Shown: positions 48,669 to 59,503 of the stretch, piece after piece
Numbering within the stretch: the stretch's first letter is position 1
Layout: every line of letters starts with the position of its first letter
Made by a program: the position numbers and the translations under genes
IMG/VR virus record: IMGVR_UViG_3300031576_000026
Span: 16,292-80,291 of that record
DNA from: a virus
Direction: 5' to 3' (one strand)
DNA length: 64,000 bases
The notes under the pieces: generated by a model
The model's database searches: none
The model's input: only the letters and a program-made list of their open reading frames with translations
What the model was told of the DNA's origin: nothing

Positions 48669-49758
48669 CAGTTATTACCAATTTAGTTAAATCTTCAAGA
48701 TTATTAAAATAACACAAATTATAATACGGACATTTACCATAAGGTTTAACACAAGAACTGAAGTTTCTATGGAATATACCATTTTTAATGGATTGGTTTA
48801 TATAATCATAGTTTTGTATAACTATGTTTTCTGTTTGCTGGGGTATATCATCAACAATTATTTGTTTATACACCTCTTTATCAATCTTCACTTTCCATTC
48901 TCCATTGCATCTTTTACCGTTAATTTCAACATCACATGTTTTGTGTCTTTTACCACTTCCATCATTATTACACACAACACATATCTTTGTTTTATTTTTC
49001 CTAATATGTTTATTTAATACAATAAATCCAGCTTTCCTTGTATTGAATTGATCTCCTAAATCATAAACATAAAGAGTTAATTGAGGTGAAGTTAAAACAC
49101 TATCTTTTTGGTATTCTCTACTCGATGTTTTCCAATCAAAAATAATAGGAGAATCATATCCTTTATATTTACAAACTAAATCTGCATAACCAATGATAAC
49201 ATCACCGGAGCCATTGGTTAATTTTACTTGGACCTGAACTCCTAAAACTTCTTCTATATTAGGCAATATATCACTTTGAATTGTCTGTAGCATTAATAAG
49301 CCTTTTCTATAAAGGCAATGCCAATTAAGAACATTTAAAAGTTCTTTTTTATCTTTCGATAAATTATTAAACCCCTTTTCTTCTTTCTCCTCATATAGGT
49401 TATCTATTACTGTCTTTAAATCTTCTATTTGATATTTCGTATTTATACTGGTAATATCCTCATCTTCTAATAGGTCTATATCAAAATCAGCATTGGCATA
49501 AACAATATCCGTGCTATTTGTTAAATAAGTACTTACACCATTGATATCTTGAAATCTCCAAAAGTAAGAGAAAATTTCTTTTGGATCTTTATCTTTATTC
49601 TTTAACATAGATGTTATAGAATGATCAAGAGCTGATCCAAATAATAAAGCTGCTGATTGAAATCTGGGTCTTAATTTATCTTTATAATGATAAACCCATG
49701 CCTGAGGGCATTCTTGGAATTTGGAGCAAGATGAATGGCTTAACCTATTATTCATCAT
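48655..49758 (-). CDS. PD-(D/E)XK exonuclease (Cas4/AddB-like) with Cys-rich insert
   Basis: LSHS...CP, GYADL, DWKT, QLTLY, C-terminal C..CPYYNLC. Confidence 0.85.
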   Translation of the reverse strand: MMNNRLSHSSCSKFQECPQAWVYHYKDKLRPRFQSAALLFGSALDHSITSMLKNKDKDPKEIFSYFWRFQDINGVSTYLTNSTDIVYANADFDIDLLEDEDITSINTKYQIEDLKTVIDNLYEEKEEKGFNNLSKDKKELLNVLNWHCLYRKGLLMLQTIQSDILPNIEEVLGVQVQVKLTNGSGDVIIGYADLVCKYKGYDSPIIFDWKTSSREYQKDSVLTSPQLTLYVYDLGDQFNTRKAGFIVLNKHIRKNKTKICVVCNNDGSGKRHKTCDVEINGKRCNGEWKVKIDKEVYKQIIVDDIPQQTENIVIQNYDYINQSIKNGIFHRNFSSCVKPYGKCPYYNLCYFNNLEDLTKLVITDGSN

Positions 49759-50015
49759 TATTTAAGACCATCATATATGATTTGTGTGGATTTAGAACAA
49801 TATTCACATTCATATCTATCACCCAAATTATTCCAAGTATGACCATTTTGAGAACATCTATCCTCAGTCGATCTTGTTTTATTAGATTTAGAAATGAAAT
49901 TTTCTAGAAAATCGACTCTTTCCTTTAGTTGAAGAACAGTCTGCTGTAGTACTTCTACATCTATTTGTAAATCCTCGATTTTTTCTATACTATTAGGATT
50001 CTCCTTATAGTTCAT
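49758..50015 (-). CDS. Coiled-coil plus zinc-finger small protein
   Basis: C...H.W...CEYC. Confidence 0.5.
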   Translation of the reverse strand: MNYKENPNSIEKIEDLQIDVEVLQQTVLQLKERVDFLENFISKSNKTRSTEDRCSQNGHTWNNLGDRYECEYCSKSTQIIYDGLK

Positions 50016-50041
50016 AGTATTCTCCTTATGGACTTAGTATA

Positions 50042-50296
50042 TCAATTTTCACTTTCTTTGTCAATTAGATCTTCAAATATCCATTTAGAATCAGATCTAT
50101 ATTCTTTAGAAGATTTATATTTACCTATTCTATCAGCAACTTTTCTTAAAAAATCAGCTATTTCTGATGGATGTTCGAATGCTATTAATCCGGTTGTTTC
50201 CCATTTATCCTCATTACCAAAATCAATAGAAACCCAATTATTTCCAATCTTTTTTATCTTATTTTGATCTGACATAGATTCTCCTTTAAACTTCAC
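50042..50296 (-). CDS. Hypothetical protein
   Basis: AAGGAG RBS before MSDQNK. Confidence 0.55.
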   Translation of the reverse strand: MKFKGESMSDQNKIKKIGNNWVSIDFGNEDKWETTGLIAFEHPSEIADFLRKVADRIGKYKSSKEYRSDSKWIFEDLIDKESEN

Positions 50297-52055
50297 AAAT
50301 TCCTGTTATACAATCATTTATTGATTCTGCTCCTTCTTTTGAATTACTTTTGAATAGTTTTTTTGCGTCTTTCAACGATATTGAAACTAGTGGGGGTTCT
50401 TTAATATTACCCTCTTCATCAGCATATCCTCTTGTATTTTCTCTAAAGAAAGTAGTTCCTTTTAATACAGGAAGATAATCTAACCATATTTGTGACATTT
50501 TATCAAGTTCATATTTTTCTGGTAAATTTATGGTTTTAGATACGGCATTGTCTATGTGTTTTTGTACTATTCTTTGCACTTCTAAGTGTTGTTCTACTGT
50601 CAACTCATGGGAACCGATAAAATGATTTACATCTTTTCCCTCTTTCATATATTTAGCAAATAGCGGATGAAATACTAATTCGGTCTTCCTAGTATTCTTA
50701 TCCCAGTATCGGCGTTCATAAGCAGGAGCAAACATAGGTTCAATTCCAGAAGAACAATTTCCTGATAATATGGAAACCGTGCCGGTTGGGGCTTGGGTTA
50801 ATAATGCACAATTTCTTATTCCGTGTTCTTCTATAAGTGATTTTATCTTATCTGGCATTCTTTTTATAAATCCAGATTCTATGTGTCTAGAAGGATTACA
50901 TAAAGGAAATGGTCCCTTTTCTATGGCTAGCATAATAGAAGCTTCGTATGCTTGTTTACTTATGAATCTAAATAATTTATCAATAAATTTATTCCCATCT
51001 TCTGAACCATATTTATAATTTAATAAAGCTAGTATATCGCCCAATCCAGTAGTTCCTAAACCTATTCTTCTAAGTTTTGAAGATGTTTCCTTCATCTCAA
51101 GTAAAGGATAATGGTTAACTGTTAATACATTATCAAGAAATCTCACTCCCAATCTAATAACATCCCCCAATCTTGCCCAATTAATATCATCATTCTCTAC
51201 AAATCGAGGCAAAACTAAATGCCCCAAACAACAACAATCATAAGAAGACAATGCTATTTCACCACAGGGATTTGTGGTAGTCAGATCACTTATATACCAA
51301 ATATTACTTTCTGAAAGTGCGAGTTCCCAATTTAGGAAACCCGGTTCAGCACTATTGTAAGCATTTTTTACTATTTTATTCCATATTTCACTAGCATTGA
51401 TAAATTTTTTATATTTATTCTTCCAACTTAATTCCCAATCAAGATTTTTTTTGACGGCATTTATAAAATCAAAAACATTTTTACATCTAACAGAAACATT
51501 GGCATGTGTCAATTCACCCTTTGTTAATTTTGCATCTAGAAATTCTTCTAGATCTGGATGATTTAGATCCAACGAAAACATTAATGCAACTCTTCTTTGA
51601 CCTCCGGCTTTAACTGGTTTTGCATTTCCATCTATCAATCTCATTAAATCAACTGCCCCTGGACATTCTCCCCTTTGACTATTAATTGAAGCTCCCCTAG
51701 GTCTAACATCTGAAAAATCTATACCACATCCTCCTCCAGTCATAGATGTAATTATCATTTCTTTAGAAATATTACCCCAACCCTCTTTTGAGTCTAATTG
51801 ATTCGACAATACAAAGCAATTCAATAATTGTGGATTATTCCTTCCGGAATTATACCAAATTCTTCCCCCAGGAACAAATAAATTTTCTAGTAAAATATTA
51901 TAGAACTTCTCATTATATATTTTAAATTTATCGGGTAATTCAGCTAATGAAACTTGATTAGCCACTCTCGAACATGCTTCTTGCCAAGTTTCCTCGGGAG
52001 TAAAAGCGTATCTAGATTTGAATATTAGTTCAGAAAAGCCCTTTGGAATGTACAT
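50286..52055 (-). CDS. nrdJ: Ribonucleotide reductase, probably class II (B12-dependent)
   Basis: PGGRI..N, NCFV, GGGCG, TNPCGE, IGLG, APTGT, SAVSKT-type NAVSKTIN, C-terminal CxxxxC; no beta subunit in window. Confidence 0.85.
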   Translation of the reverse strand: MYIPKGFSELIFKSRYAFTPEETWQEACSRVANQVSLAELPDKFKIYNEKFYNILLENLFVPGGRIWYNSGRNNPQLLNCFVLSNQLDSKEGWGNISKEMIITSMTGGGCGIDFSDVRPRGASINSQRGECPGAVDLMRLIDGNAKPVKAGGQRRVALMFSLDLNHPDLEEFLDAKLTKGELTHANVSVRCKNVFDFINAVKKNLDWELSWKNKYKKFINASEIWNKIVKNAYNSAEPGFLNWELALSESNIWYISDLTTTNPCGEIALSSYDCCCLGHLVLPRFVENDDINWARLGDVIRLGVRFLDNVLTVNHYPLLEMKETSSKLRRIGLGTTGLGDILALLNYKYGSEDGNKFIDKLFRFISKQAYEASIMLAIEKGPFPLCNPSRHIESGFIKRMPDKIKSLIEEHGIRNCALLTQAPTGTVSILSGNCSSGIEPMFAPAYERRYWDKNTRKTELVFHPLFAKYMKEGKDVNHFIGSHELTVEQHLEVQRIVQKHIDNAVSKTINLPEKYELDKMSQIWLDYLPVLKGTTFFRENTRGYADEEGNIKEPPLVSISLKDAKKLFKSNSKEGAESINDCITGICEV

Positions 52056-52062
52056 TTTGTTC

Positions 52063-52140
52063 TTATTTTATAATTGGTTGTTGGAGGAGGGGGAGAAGGA
52101 GTGAATAAAAATGGGGATCTAAATAATACTTATAGATCAT
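52063..52140 (-). CDS. 25-aa upstream ORF (MIYKYYLDPHFYSLLLPLLQQPIIK) in RNR leader
   Basis: AAGGAGG 8 nt before ATG; stop 7 nt before RNR ATG. Confidence 0.45.
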   Translation of the reverse strand: MIYKYYLDPHFYSLLLPLLQQPIIK

Positions 52141-52223
52141 AATCCACTCCTCCTTTAACATACAATCAAGAGTTATGGTCAATGATGAATTATCAAGATG
52201 ATATAATCATAACTACTTAGCTA

Positions 52224-52252
52224 AGTATAACACAATAAAATCAATATGTCAA
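52224..52252 (-). promoter_or_regulatory. sigma70 promoter for RNR operon
   Basis: TTGACA-17 bp-TATACT with TG extension. Confidence 0.8.
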
Positions 52253-52348
52253 TTATCTTTTTTTTTCTTCTGCAATCATGACAAAGAGTTCTGTTCCGAA
52301 TAGAAAGAAAAATCTTTTGACACTCTCTACATATCCTCCAAATAAACA

Positions 52349-53275
52349 TTAAGATTCTTCATTCTCATGAATCTCCATTCCATCATGCCAAGAATTCTTA
52401 TGTGCTTCTTTATAATCATCTAAAGCTTCTTTATCATTGGGAATTATGCTATCAGAAACTATAATAAATTCACCCGAATTTGAAATATTGGTTATATGAT
52501 TCTTATCAACACTTAACTTCGATACTATACCAAATCCAAACTGACTACCCTTAGATATAGCCTTTAACGTCCTAGCTTTCTTTGTACGGATCACTAATGA
52601 AGATGCGAGATAGATACCATCTCCTCCATAAGGAACGAGCGTTGTGGGGGCTCCTGGGAACTGTGGGGGTTGTCTGTAAGCATGGTTAACAAATGTTAAT
52701 CCCACATAATAAGGACTTGATACCTTCCTTGTATTATTAATCTTATGGCTAAATATTCTCATATTTTCTCTAATAACCCTAGCCGCCTTCATCATAGCAC
52801 TCCCAACTTCAAACGTGCCATCCTTATTTTCCTTTACAGAATCAACACTTACAGCATTACCAATAGAATCAACAAATATCATAACATTGGTTGGAAGTCT
52901 TCCACTATTAACATCTGACACTATTCTATCGATTTTCTTGAATATTTCTTCTAAATATGATACATATTCAACAATACAATCATTCTCATCAATTCCCATC
53001 ATCTTAGCTCTATCCCAAGATATCTTACCTTCACTAATAATAAATACTGGTAATATGTCTTGTTTCTGGGCTTGGGCTGCTGCGTGAAATAATATGCTGG
53101 TTTTACCGCTATCACTTAATCCAAAAATCTGTGTTACATGGCCTAGGGGTAGTCCTGGGAGTCCTAAAACGGCTTGTATGGCATCATTAAGAGCAATGAA
53201 TTTATCTTCCTTTAAGGGAGTATCAGATGATTTTATTGTCTTTTTATATTCTTGTAGATTGAATTTACGAGTCAT
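52349..53275 (-). CDS. recA: RecA/UvsX-like recombinase
   Basis: GLPLGHVTQIFGLSDSGKT, IFVDSI, GG...ASS, KN. Confidence 0.85.
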   Translation of the reverse strand: MTRKFNLQEYKKTIKSSDTPLKEDKFIALNDAIQAVLGLPGLPLGHVTQIFGLSDSGKTSILFHAAAQAQKQDILPVFIISEGKISWDRAKMMGIDENDCIVEYVSYLEEIFKKIDRIVSDVNSGRLPTNVMIFVDSIGNAVSVDSVKENKDGTFEVGSAMMKAARVIRENMRIFSHKINNTRKVSSPYYVGLTFVNHAYRQPPQFPGAPTTLVPYGGDGIYLASSLVIRTKKARTLKAISKGSQFGFGIVSKLSVDKNHITNISNSGEFIIVSDSIIPNDKEALDDYKEAHKNSWHDGMEIHENEES

Positions 53276-53432
53276 GCTTATCCTTTAAATATTCTAATCT
53301 GGAAATTCTATAAATCATCATAGTTCTATCTTTTAAGATTATATCTACTTGTTCTTCCACTCGAAAAATCCAATTAATAATTAGGTTGAATAGAACCATA
53401 AAAAAATGCTTGAAATTATATATAATAACATA

Positions 53433-54095
53433 TTAATCCTTTTTTACTTGATTCTCCACTTGATTTCTCACTTGATTCCTCACTTGATTCCATACTTGAT
53501 TTCTCACTTGATTCCCCACTTGATCCCCTACTTGATTCCACACTTGATCCCTCACTTGATTCTCCACTTGCTTATACACTTGATCCCTCACTTGATCCCT
53601 CACTTGATTCCACACTTGATTCCCCACTTGATTCGACACTTGATTCCACACTTGATTCTTCACTTGATTCCCCACTTGATCCCACACTTGATTCCCCACT
53701 TGATTCTTCACTTGATTCCCCACTTGATCCCACACTTGATTCCCCACTTGATCCCACACTTGATTCCCCACTTGATTCCCCACTTGATTCGACACTTGAT
53801 CCCTCACTTGATTATATACTTGCTCCTTCACTTGATTCCACACTTGATCCCTCACTTGATCCCTCACTTGATCCCTCACTTGATTCCACACTTGATTCCC
53901 CACTTGATTCGACACTTGATTCCACACTTGATTCCACACTTGATCCCTCACTTGATTCCTCACTTGATTCCACACTTGATTCCCCACTTGATTCCTCACT
54001 TGATTCCCCACTTGATTCCACACTTGATTCCACACTTGATTCCTCATTACTTTATTTAACACTTTATTCAATACTGGTTGTTTTTCTAATTTCAT
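53433..54095 (-). CDS. Tetrapeptide-repeat protein ([N/D]QVx)50
   Basis: ATGA coupling to upstream gene, co-oriented with neighbours, 18-aa leader then 50 units. Confidence 0.7.
   Translation of the reverse strand: MKLEKQPVLNKVLNKVMRNQVWNQVWNQVGNQVRNQVGNQVWNQVRNQVRDQVWNQVWNQVSNQVGNQVWNQVRDQVRDQVRDQVWNQVKEQVYNQVRDQVSNQVGNQVGNQVWDQVGNQVWDQVGNQVKNQVGNQVWDQVGNQVKNQVWNQVSNQVGNQVWNQVRDQVRDQVYKQVENQVRDQVWNQVGDQVGNQVRNQVWNQVRNQVRNQVENQVKKD
53442..54041. repeat. 12-bp tandem repeat array A (50 units, core CACTTGAT)
   Basis: Directly visible. Confidence 0.98.
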
Positions 54096-54400
54096 TCAAA
54101 TAATCCGAAATCTGTGCTAAAAAATAATAGGCTGGGCATTCCCATGCCTATCATATTATAGCCAAAATTTTCTTCATTAAAATCATGATAAAGCAATGTT
54201 TGAGCAAAAGTTGATGCAACTATAGTCATGGCCCAACTAAACGCTAAAGATTGTGCTGGAGAAGCATTAGCTTGATATCTAGCTATTAAATATGTATGAC
54301 TCTGCACATAGGCCGCTCCCATTATATTTAATGTATGGTCTATTGCAAAAATCTTACTGGTGAAAAATAATATAAACAGAACTATTAATAGTCTTTTCAT
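54092..54400 (-). CDS. Membrane/exported hypothetical protein
   Basis: Signal peptide and hydrophobic segments. Confidence 0.6.
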   Translation of the reverse strand: MKRLLIVLFILFFTSKIFAIDHTLNIMGAAYVQSHTYLIARYQANASPAQSLAFSWAMTIVASTFAQTLLYHDFNEENFGYNMIGMGMPSLLFFSTDFGLFE

Positions 54401-54607
54401 TTATTTACCCCCACATTTACATCCTGCTTGCAACAATAAGTTAATATCACAATGACACTTCCTTTCTAATTCTGGCATAGCTAATTTTTTCAATTCTTCT
54501 TGATGTTTATCATAAGTTGATTTGCATTTTTCACTACAAAAATTAAAAGATCCAGGTTTTCCACACCATATACAATCTCGTATACAGTATTCATTTTCTA
54601 AATTCAT
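54401..54607 (-). CDS. Small Cys-rich zinc-binding protein
   Basis: CIWC..FCSEKC and CHC..GCKC. Confidence 0.6.
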   Translation of the reverse strand: MNLENEYCIRDCIWCGKPGSFNFCSEKCKSTYDKHQEELKKLAMPELERKCHCDINLLLQAGCKCGGK

Positions 54608-54923
54608 AGTCTACACAAAAAGAAAAGCTTTTATTTAAATTAACAAATGAACTTCTAATTTTATGGTCTTTCCTTTTATTATTTACTTTGATCCAATAAG
54701 ACTTTAATCTTTTGGATTCTTTTAATAAGTTTTCAATTTCGCTTATTTTAATGTGTAAAAAACTATATTGCTCAGTTTGATGTAATCTACTTACATCTTT
54801 AGTCAGTACGTAAGTTCCAGAATCATCAATTGTGACTCTTTTTTTCATTGAAATCTCCTTCCATTCATTAGTAAAAATATTTTAAAATTGAAAATTTATT
54901 CTTTCTAATCATCTTGCGCTTTA

Positions 54924-55115
54924 TTACTTATTTCTTCTCCTTATATTGGGGATGGGCGAATAATAATTCGCACAGAACTCTTTGTAGATTCTATATATAT
55001 TTTTCTCTGTTTTAAGAAAGAGATATTCGTTCGAGAGTCCGACAACTCGGCCAGTCATTACAGGACCGTCAAACTCAATAGCACAGACCAAAAGCATGCC
55101 AATTGTAAAAGTCAT
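54924..55115 (-). CDS. Small hypothetical protein, paralog of 58983-59156
   Basis: IGMLLVCAIE.D....TGRVVGLS.E.LFLKTEK.IYRI.KE.C shared. Confidence 0.65.
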   Translation of the reverse strand: MTFTIGMLLVCAIEFDGPVMTGRVVGLSNEYLFLKTEKNIYRIYKEFCANYYSPIPNIRRRNK

Positions 55116-58100
55116 TTTTTTTCCTCCGTTGGCTCAATTGATTGTATATCAACTATTCTAGCTACGTGAGTGTGTGTCATAGTAGGCATGCCATACCATT
55201 CCATTTCATAAGACCAATGAGGATGGTCTGGACATAAACCTGATATACGGGGCTGTTCGGCAAGCCAAGCATTAAAAAGTTCTTGGGCTTTTTTAGCCGT
55301 CCTCTCAGCAGCTATCCAAGCAACGCTATATTCTAAATCTGAAGTATTCAAAAAATCTTCGGTCTTAAATTTTAAAAGTTTGTACATTAATCAACCTCTT
55401 CTATAATTTTAAAAAAAGGATGGTAAATACCAGTTAACTCAAAAACTTCTCCTTCTGGATATGACATAGCAGCCATTTGGCTATCAAAAAATACTTCTGT
55501 GGGAATATGGCCATTCTCTTCGCTGCCTACAATTAGAGGAATATAAACCATAAATATTCTAAATTTGCTTTCTTCTTGTTTATATTCCATGATTTAGCTC
55601 TTTTTTCGGGAAATCTATTTCGTAACTTTTTGTTCTCCACAATAAATAAATTTCCTTAAAGTTTCCCAAGTAATTTCGGGGAAACAGGGCATTTGAAATT
55701 TTCCTTTATAAAATTCCTCTACAATCCAAATACCTTTTTTATTTTTTTCACTTGGTTGTTTCCTTTCTTGAATTCTAATTAATCCGGGTTTTCCACAGTT
55801 TATGTAATAAGTAAAATATTTATATCCCATATTATTTCCTTTTTTGGAAATCACACCAAGAACTATGAGTTCCTGCTTTAATTGCATTAGATCCACAAGT
55901 ACATTTAGCTTTAGAAATCATGTCGATATTTGTAGTATTTTCTTTCATAATTGGGGCTGCACAAATATGTATTGTGTTTGCTTGTCCAACTCTATTACAA
56001 AAGCAGCATTTCTCTTCAACAGTTTCTTTTTTTATAGCATCCCAATCAGGTTCTTCTTTACCATCTTCTACTTCAAAACGCTCCGCTGCACAATTATCAC
56101 AGAAGCCGAATGCCTGATGTGTGTCCTGAACGACAATGTTATGCTTTTCGCAAAGAAGCACTTCCCAATTTTCAGCTACCATATCCTTCGGACTTGCCCG
56201 TAAAATATTTCCAAGTAAACGTCCAGCTCCCACTTTTGATTGCTTCTTGAATTTTCACATTACTCCCTTTCTAGACCTCTTTCTATTCTTTAATATATTC
56301 CATACTTTTGCTAGTTTAATTCCACGGTTCTTCATTAGGATTTTCATCAAAAAGTAAAGCTACTCTATCGCAAAGCATTTTAGCAAATATTGGCCCAGCA
56401 TTTTTCAAATTAAAAGCTTTTCCGTAAATTTCCCCAATTCTTCCCCAAGTACAGCCAGCAGAAACACGCATCATACGAACAATCATAGCTCTTGCTTCAT
56501 ATTTATCTTTAAGTTTATTGTAAAATTTGCTCATCTAACTTCTCTCCATTCCTTAGTATACTCTAAAGTCCACTCATCTTCAATAGGATTTGAAAGAAAA
56601 AGTCTTTTTTGAGAGATTAAGTTCACCCACATAAAGCGTACTTTCACAGGTTTTTTGCTCTTTGGAAAATATCGGCACCCTAAAACATAGATGCCTGCAT
56701 CTCTTCCTCGTGAGTGTTTATAAATTTTATATATATTTAATAGGGCCATTTGTTCTCATAGTTAAACATAGTTGCCCATCAATCTCACAGTAATAATTTA
56801 AGCAATAATATATCATATATTTAAGTCTGCTCTAGTTCATTAAATTTATCCATAATAATTTTATATTTTTTTATTTCTGCAAAATCTTTCTGTAGTTTTT
56901 TGTGTGCTGTTAAAAGATTGGCAAAAGCTTTTTCTAGACGTAGGGCTTTGCTAAATTTTTCTTGTCTACCATCACATGAAATATCAAATGATGCGTCTTG
57001 GCCATTGGGGGAGCGCCACGTCCAATTTTCCTTATTTCTAGAATCAATCCAAATAACTCTATCATTTGTAACCGCGATTATTGTTCCTACAATTAAACCA
57101 TCATAGAAATCACTAAAAACAAATTTCTTGCCAATTAAGCTCTTGTCAAAAGGGCGAATAAAAACTTTGCGATGTTTTAGCCAATTTTTCTTTTTTATAT
57201 TCATAATTCCTCTATTTTTTATCCAATAATTCTATTAATACATCCCCATGACAACTTAATGGTTTACAGTAACATCCTAAAACTTTATCCTTTAGTTCGG
57301 GTAACTTTTTTAACAAATCTTCGTTGGTTAATATCCATTTTTTATAGTTAGTTATTGCTTCTTCTCTGGTTGTGACTTTATATTCAGCTAAAGTGTTAGC
57401 CAGATGACTATAGGGATTACCCCAAATACTCGGTCTACCAATGTAAATGTCATAATTTTTCGTTACTTTAATATTAACTATTGTCGTTTTCTGTATTTGT
57501 ATCTTGCTCATTCTCAATACTCATTCTTTCGCGAATAACCCTAAACAAGTTTTTTAGATCTTCCCTATTACTTCCTTCTGGCGTCACATAAATCGCCACC
57601 AATGGATTCTTAGAGTTCTCAGAGTAAATAATTTCTTGGGCATTCCTATGATGTTTTAAAAATGCATTGTTGAATGCTGCCTCTTTCCATCGCTCTGGGA
57701 TGTCCTTTGCAAATCTAGCAAACTTTGTCCACGATTGCTTACTCATTCGAATCCTCTATTACTATATGTAATCGCCTTAAAGCTTGTTGCAAATAAACCT
57801 CACCAGCGGTTAACAAATTGGCTTTATCTTCCGGTGCATCCACACACCACAAAGCCTCATCTTCGGCTTGCTCATCTACGACCTTCTGAATTTTTGTAAG
57901 CTTTAGCATTAGTTTCCCATAAGCAATACGAAGTTTTGTATTTTCTGACTCGTGATCTATGAAGTTTGAAGAAATTATGGGCACGCAATTGGGTTTATCA
58001 AGTTCTATTAACCTTAATATTTGATTATGATGTTTCTCACATGAATATCTCACGTATTTTTCATCTGTAAATTTTCTATCGGCAAGCGCATCACACCATT

Positions 58101-58813
58101 CACACTTTTCTGCAGTTGTTCTGGATTTATTCATTCAGAATCCTTTCGATTTCAACAAACGCCTCGTTGGCTTTTTGAGGAACATCCTGGACATATTTGT
58201 CACTCCATTTGCTTTGCTATGTCTTCGTCTTTCATTCTCACTCATCCGTCATACACCTAGGACATTCCTGGGGTGATAATTGGCAATCAGCTTTATCGGT
58301 CCCATCTCCATTTTCCCTCATCCCATCTTGTGCCACATTTACAGCTTCCATCTGATAAATACCATAGATAGACGTGACCAAAGAAGAATCCATGAAGGAA
58401 AATGCATATTTTTTTCATTATCCATTTTTTTTGTTTCTCTTTGGCTTCACTTATCTTTATCCAAATCCAACCGATCAACAACCCGAGGGCAAAGCCTAAA
58501 ATATGAAGCGATAGCCAGTCCTGAAGACTCAAGTTCATTTCCTTCCCTCCGTAAAAGCCAGTGCATCTAAGTCATCTTTATTCAACTCTTTCCGAATCCT
58601 CTACTCTCTCCACATTGAAGTTTCATAATTACTACGTTTACAAATTGAACAGGTCACTGAACCTCCCTGCCAGCCACGAGGCCAATCGGATAACTTCATT
58701 GCTTCGCTTTCAAGCATCATTTCTCCATTAGTTTTAAAGACGATACTAGGTCCATCACTATTACATTTATGGTCTTTTGGTAGTCCACATATTAATAATT
58801 GTACATCAGCCAT
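55112..58813 (-). other. Dense cluster of small early hypothetical genes
   Basis: More than ten short co-oriented ORFs with overlapping start/stop codons. Confidence 0.7.
57212..57517 (-). CDS. DUF4326-family protein
   Basis: YDIYIGRPSIWGNPY...REEAI..Y...L.DKVLGCYCKP..CHGDVL. Confidence 0.85.
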   Translation of the reverse strand: MRMSKIQIQKTTIVNIKVTKNYDIYIGRPSIWGNPYSHLANTLAEYKVTTREEAITNYKKWILTNEDLLKKLPELKDKVLGCYCKPLSCHGDVLIELLDKK

Positions 58814-58982
58814 TTTAACTTCAATTCCTCATAACGCTGCTTTAAGGGACCGAGAACCAAACCGAGAACTTCATTAAGCTCTTTTTGATGTTCTTGTGTT
58901 AACTTAACAGGAAAACTAAAATCTGGAGAAGACAAGATTATTTCCATGTAAGTAGTGTATATTCTTTCAGCATATTCTTGGG

Positions 58983-59156
58983 TCACTTCATCTCCTTTGG
59001 CTTGTACTCTACACAAAGTTCCTTCCAGATCCTATAGATCTTTTTCTCTGTTTTAAGAAAAAGCCATTCTTCAGAGAGCCCAACAACTCGGCCAGTTACC
59101 ACAAGGCTATCAAGTTCAATCGCACAGACTAGAAGCATACCAATTACAAAGTTTAT
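58983..59156 (-). CDS. Paralog of 54924-55115 not in ORF track; homologous start is ATA (next ATG at 59138)
   Basis: INFVIGMLLVCAIELDSLVVTGRVVGLSEEWLFLKTEKKIYRIWKELCVEYKPKEMK. Confidence 0.6.
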   Translation of the reverse strand: MNFVIGMLLVCAIELDSLVVTGRVVGLSEEWLFLKTEKKIYRIWKELCVEYKPKEMK

Positions 59157-59503
59157 GTATGGCTCTCTAAGAAATTACCTTCGATCAAATATGCTTTCCA
59201 TTCTATGCTTTCAATAAATGCTTTAGCCTCTTCTTCTGAGCCAAAAGATTCACGTCTTAAATCATTTTCATCTAGATAGACAACTAAATAATTTGTCTTT
59301 TGCATATCGGGAGGTGATTTAAGTGAATACGCCTCATCATACCAATTTGAATTAGAAAATATACCAGAAACTTTATGTTGCTTTAAAAGCCACTCATTAA
59401 ATTTCTGATTAGACCAGCGAGCCATGATTTCTGTCTCGGGAATATTCTCTTCAATGGCTTGTTCATAATAGCCCATAAAGTCTTTTGATTCAAATATATT
59501 CAT
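59153..59503 (-). CDS. Hypothetical protein, weakly similar to 55112-55387
   Basis: F...DF ... FNxWLxxQxxxSG shared. Confidence 0.55.
   Translation of the reverse strand: MNIFESKDFMGYYEQAIEENIPETEIMARWSNQKFNEWLLKQHKVSGIFSNSNWYDEAYSLKSPPDMQKTNYLVVYLDENDLRRESFGSEEEAKAFIESIEWKAYLIEGNFLESHT

Noticed and set aside
48655-49758. CRISPR-associated Cas4
   Set aside because: Standalone phage PD-(D/E)XK nuclease in the replication/recombination module; no cas1 or array
52056-52220. Cobalamin riboswitch upstream of class II RNR
   Set aside because: No recognisable B12-box or conserved core; reported instead as an unknown structured leader
53442-54041. CRISPR array or diversity-generating retroelement
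   Set aside because: Units are contiguous 12-mers with no spacers; no reverse transcriptase or cas operon; the adenines of CAA are invariant, unlike DGR mutagenesis
53406-54059. (LIPH)n ORF on + and (ESSx)n ORFs on -
   Set aside because: By-products of a stop-free 12-bp repeat; only the NQV frame is translationally coupled to its neighbours
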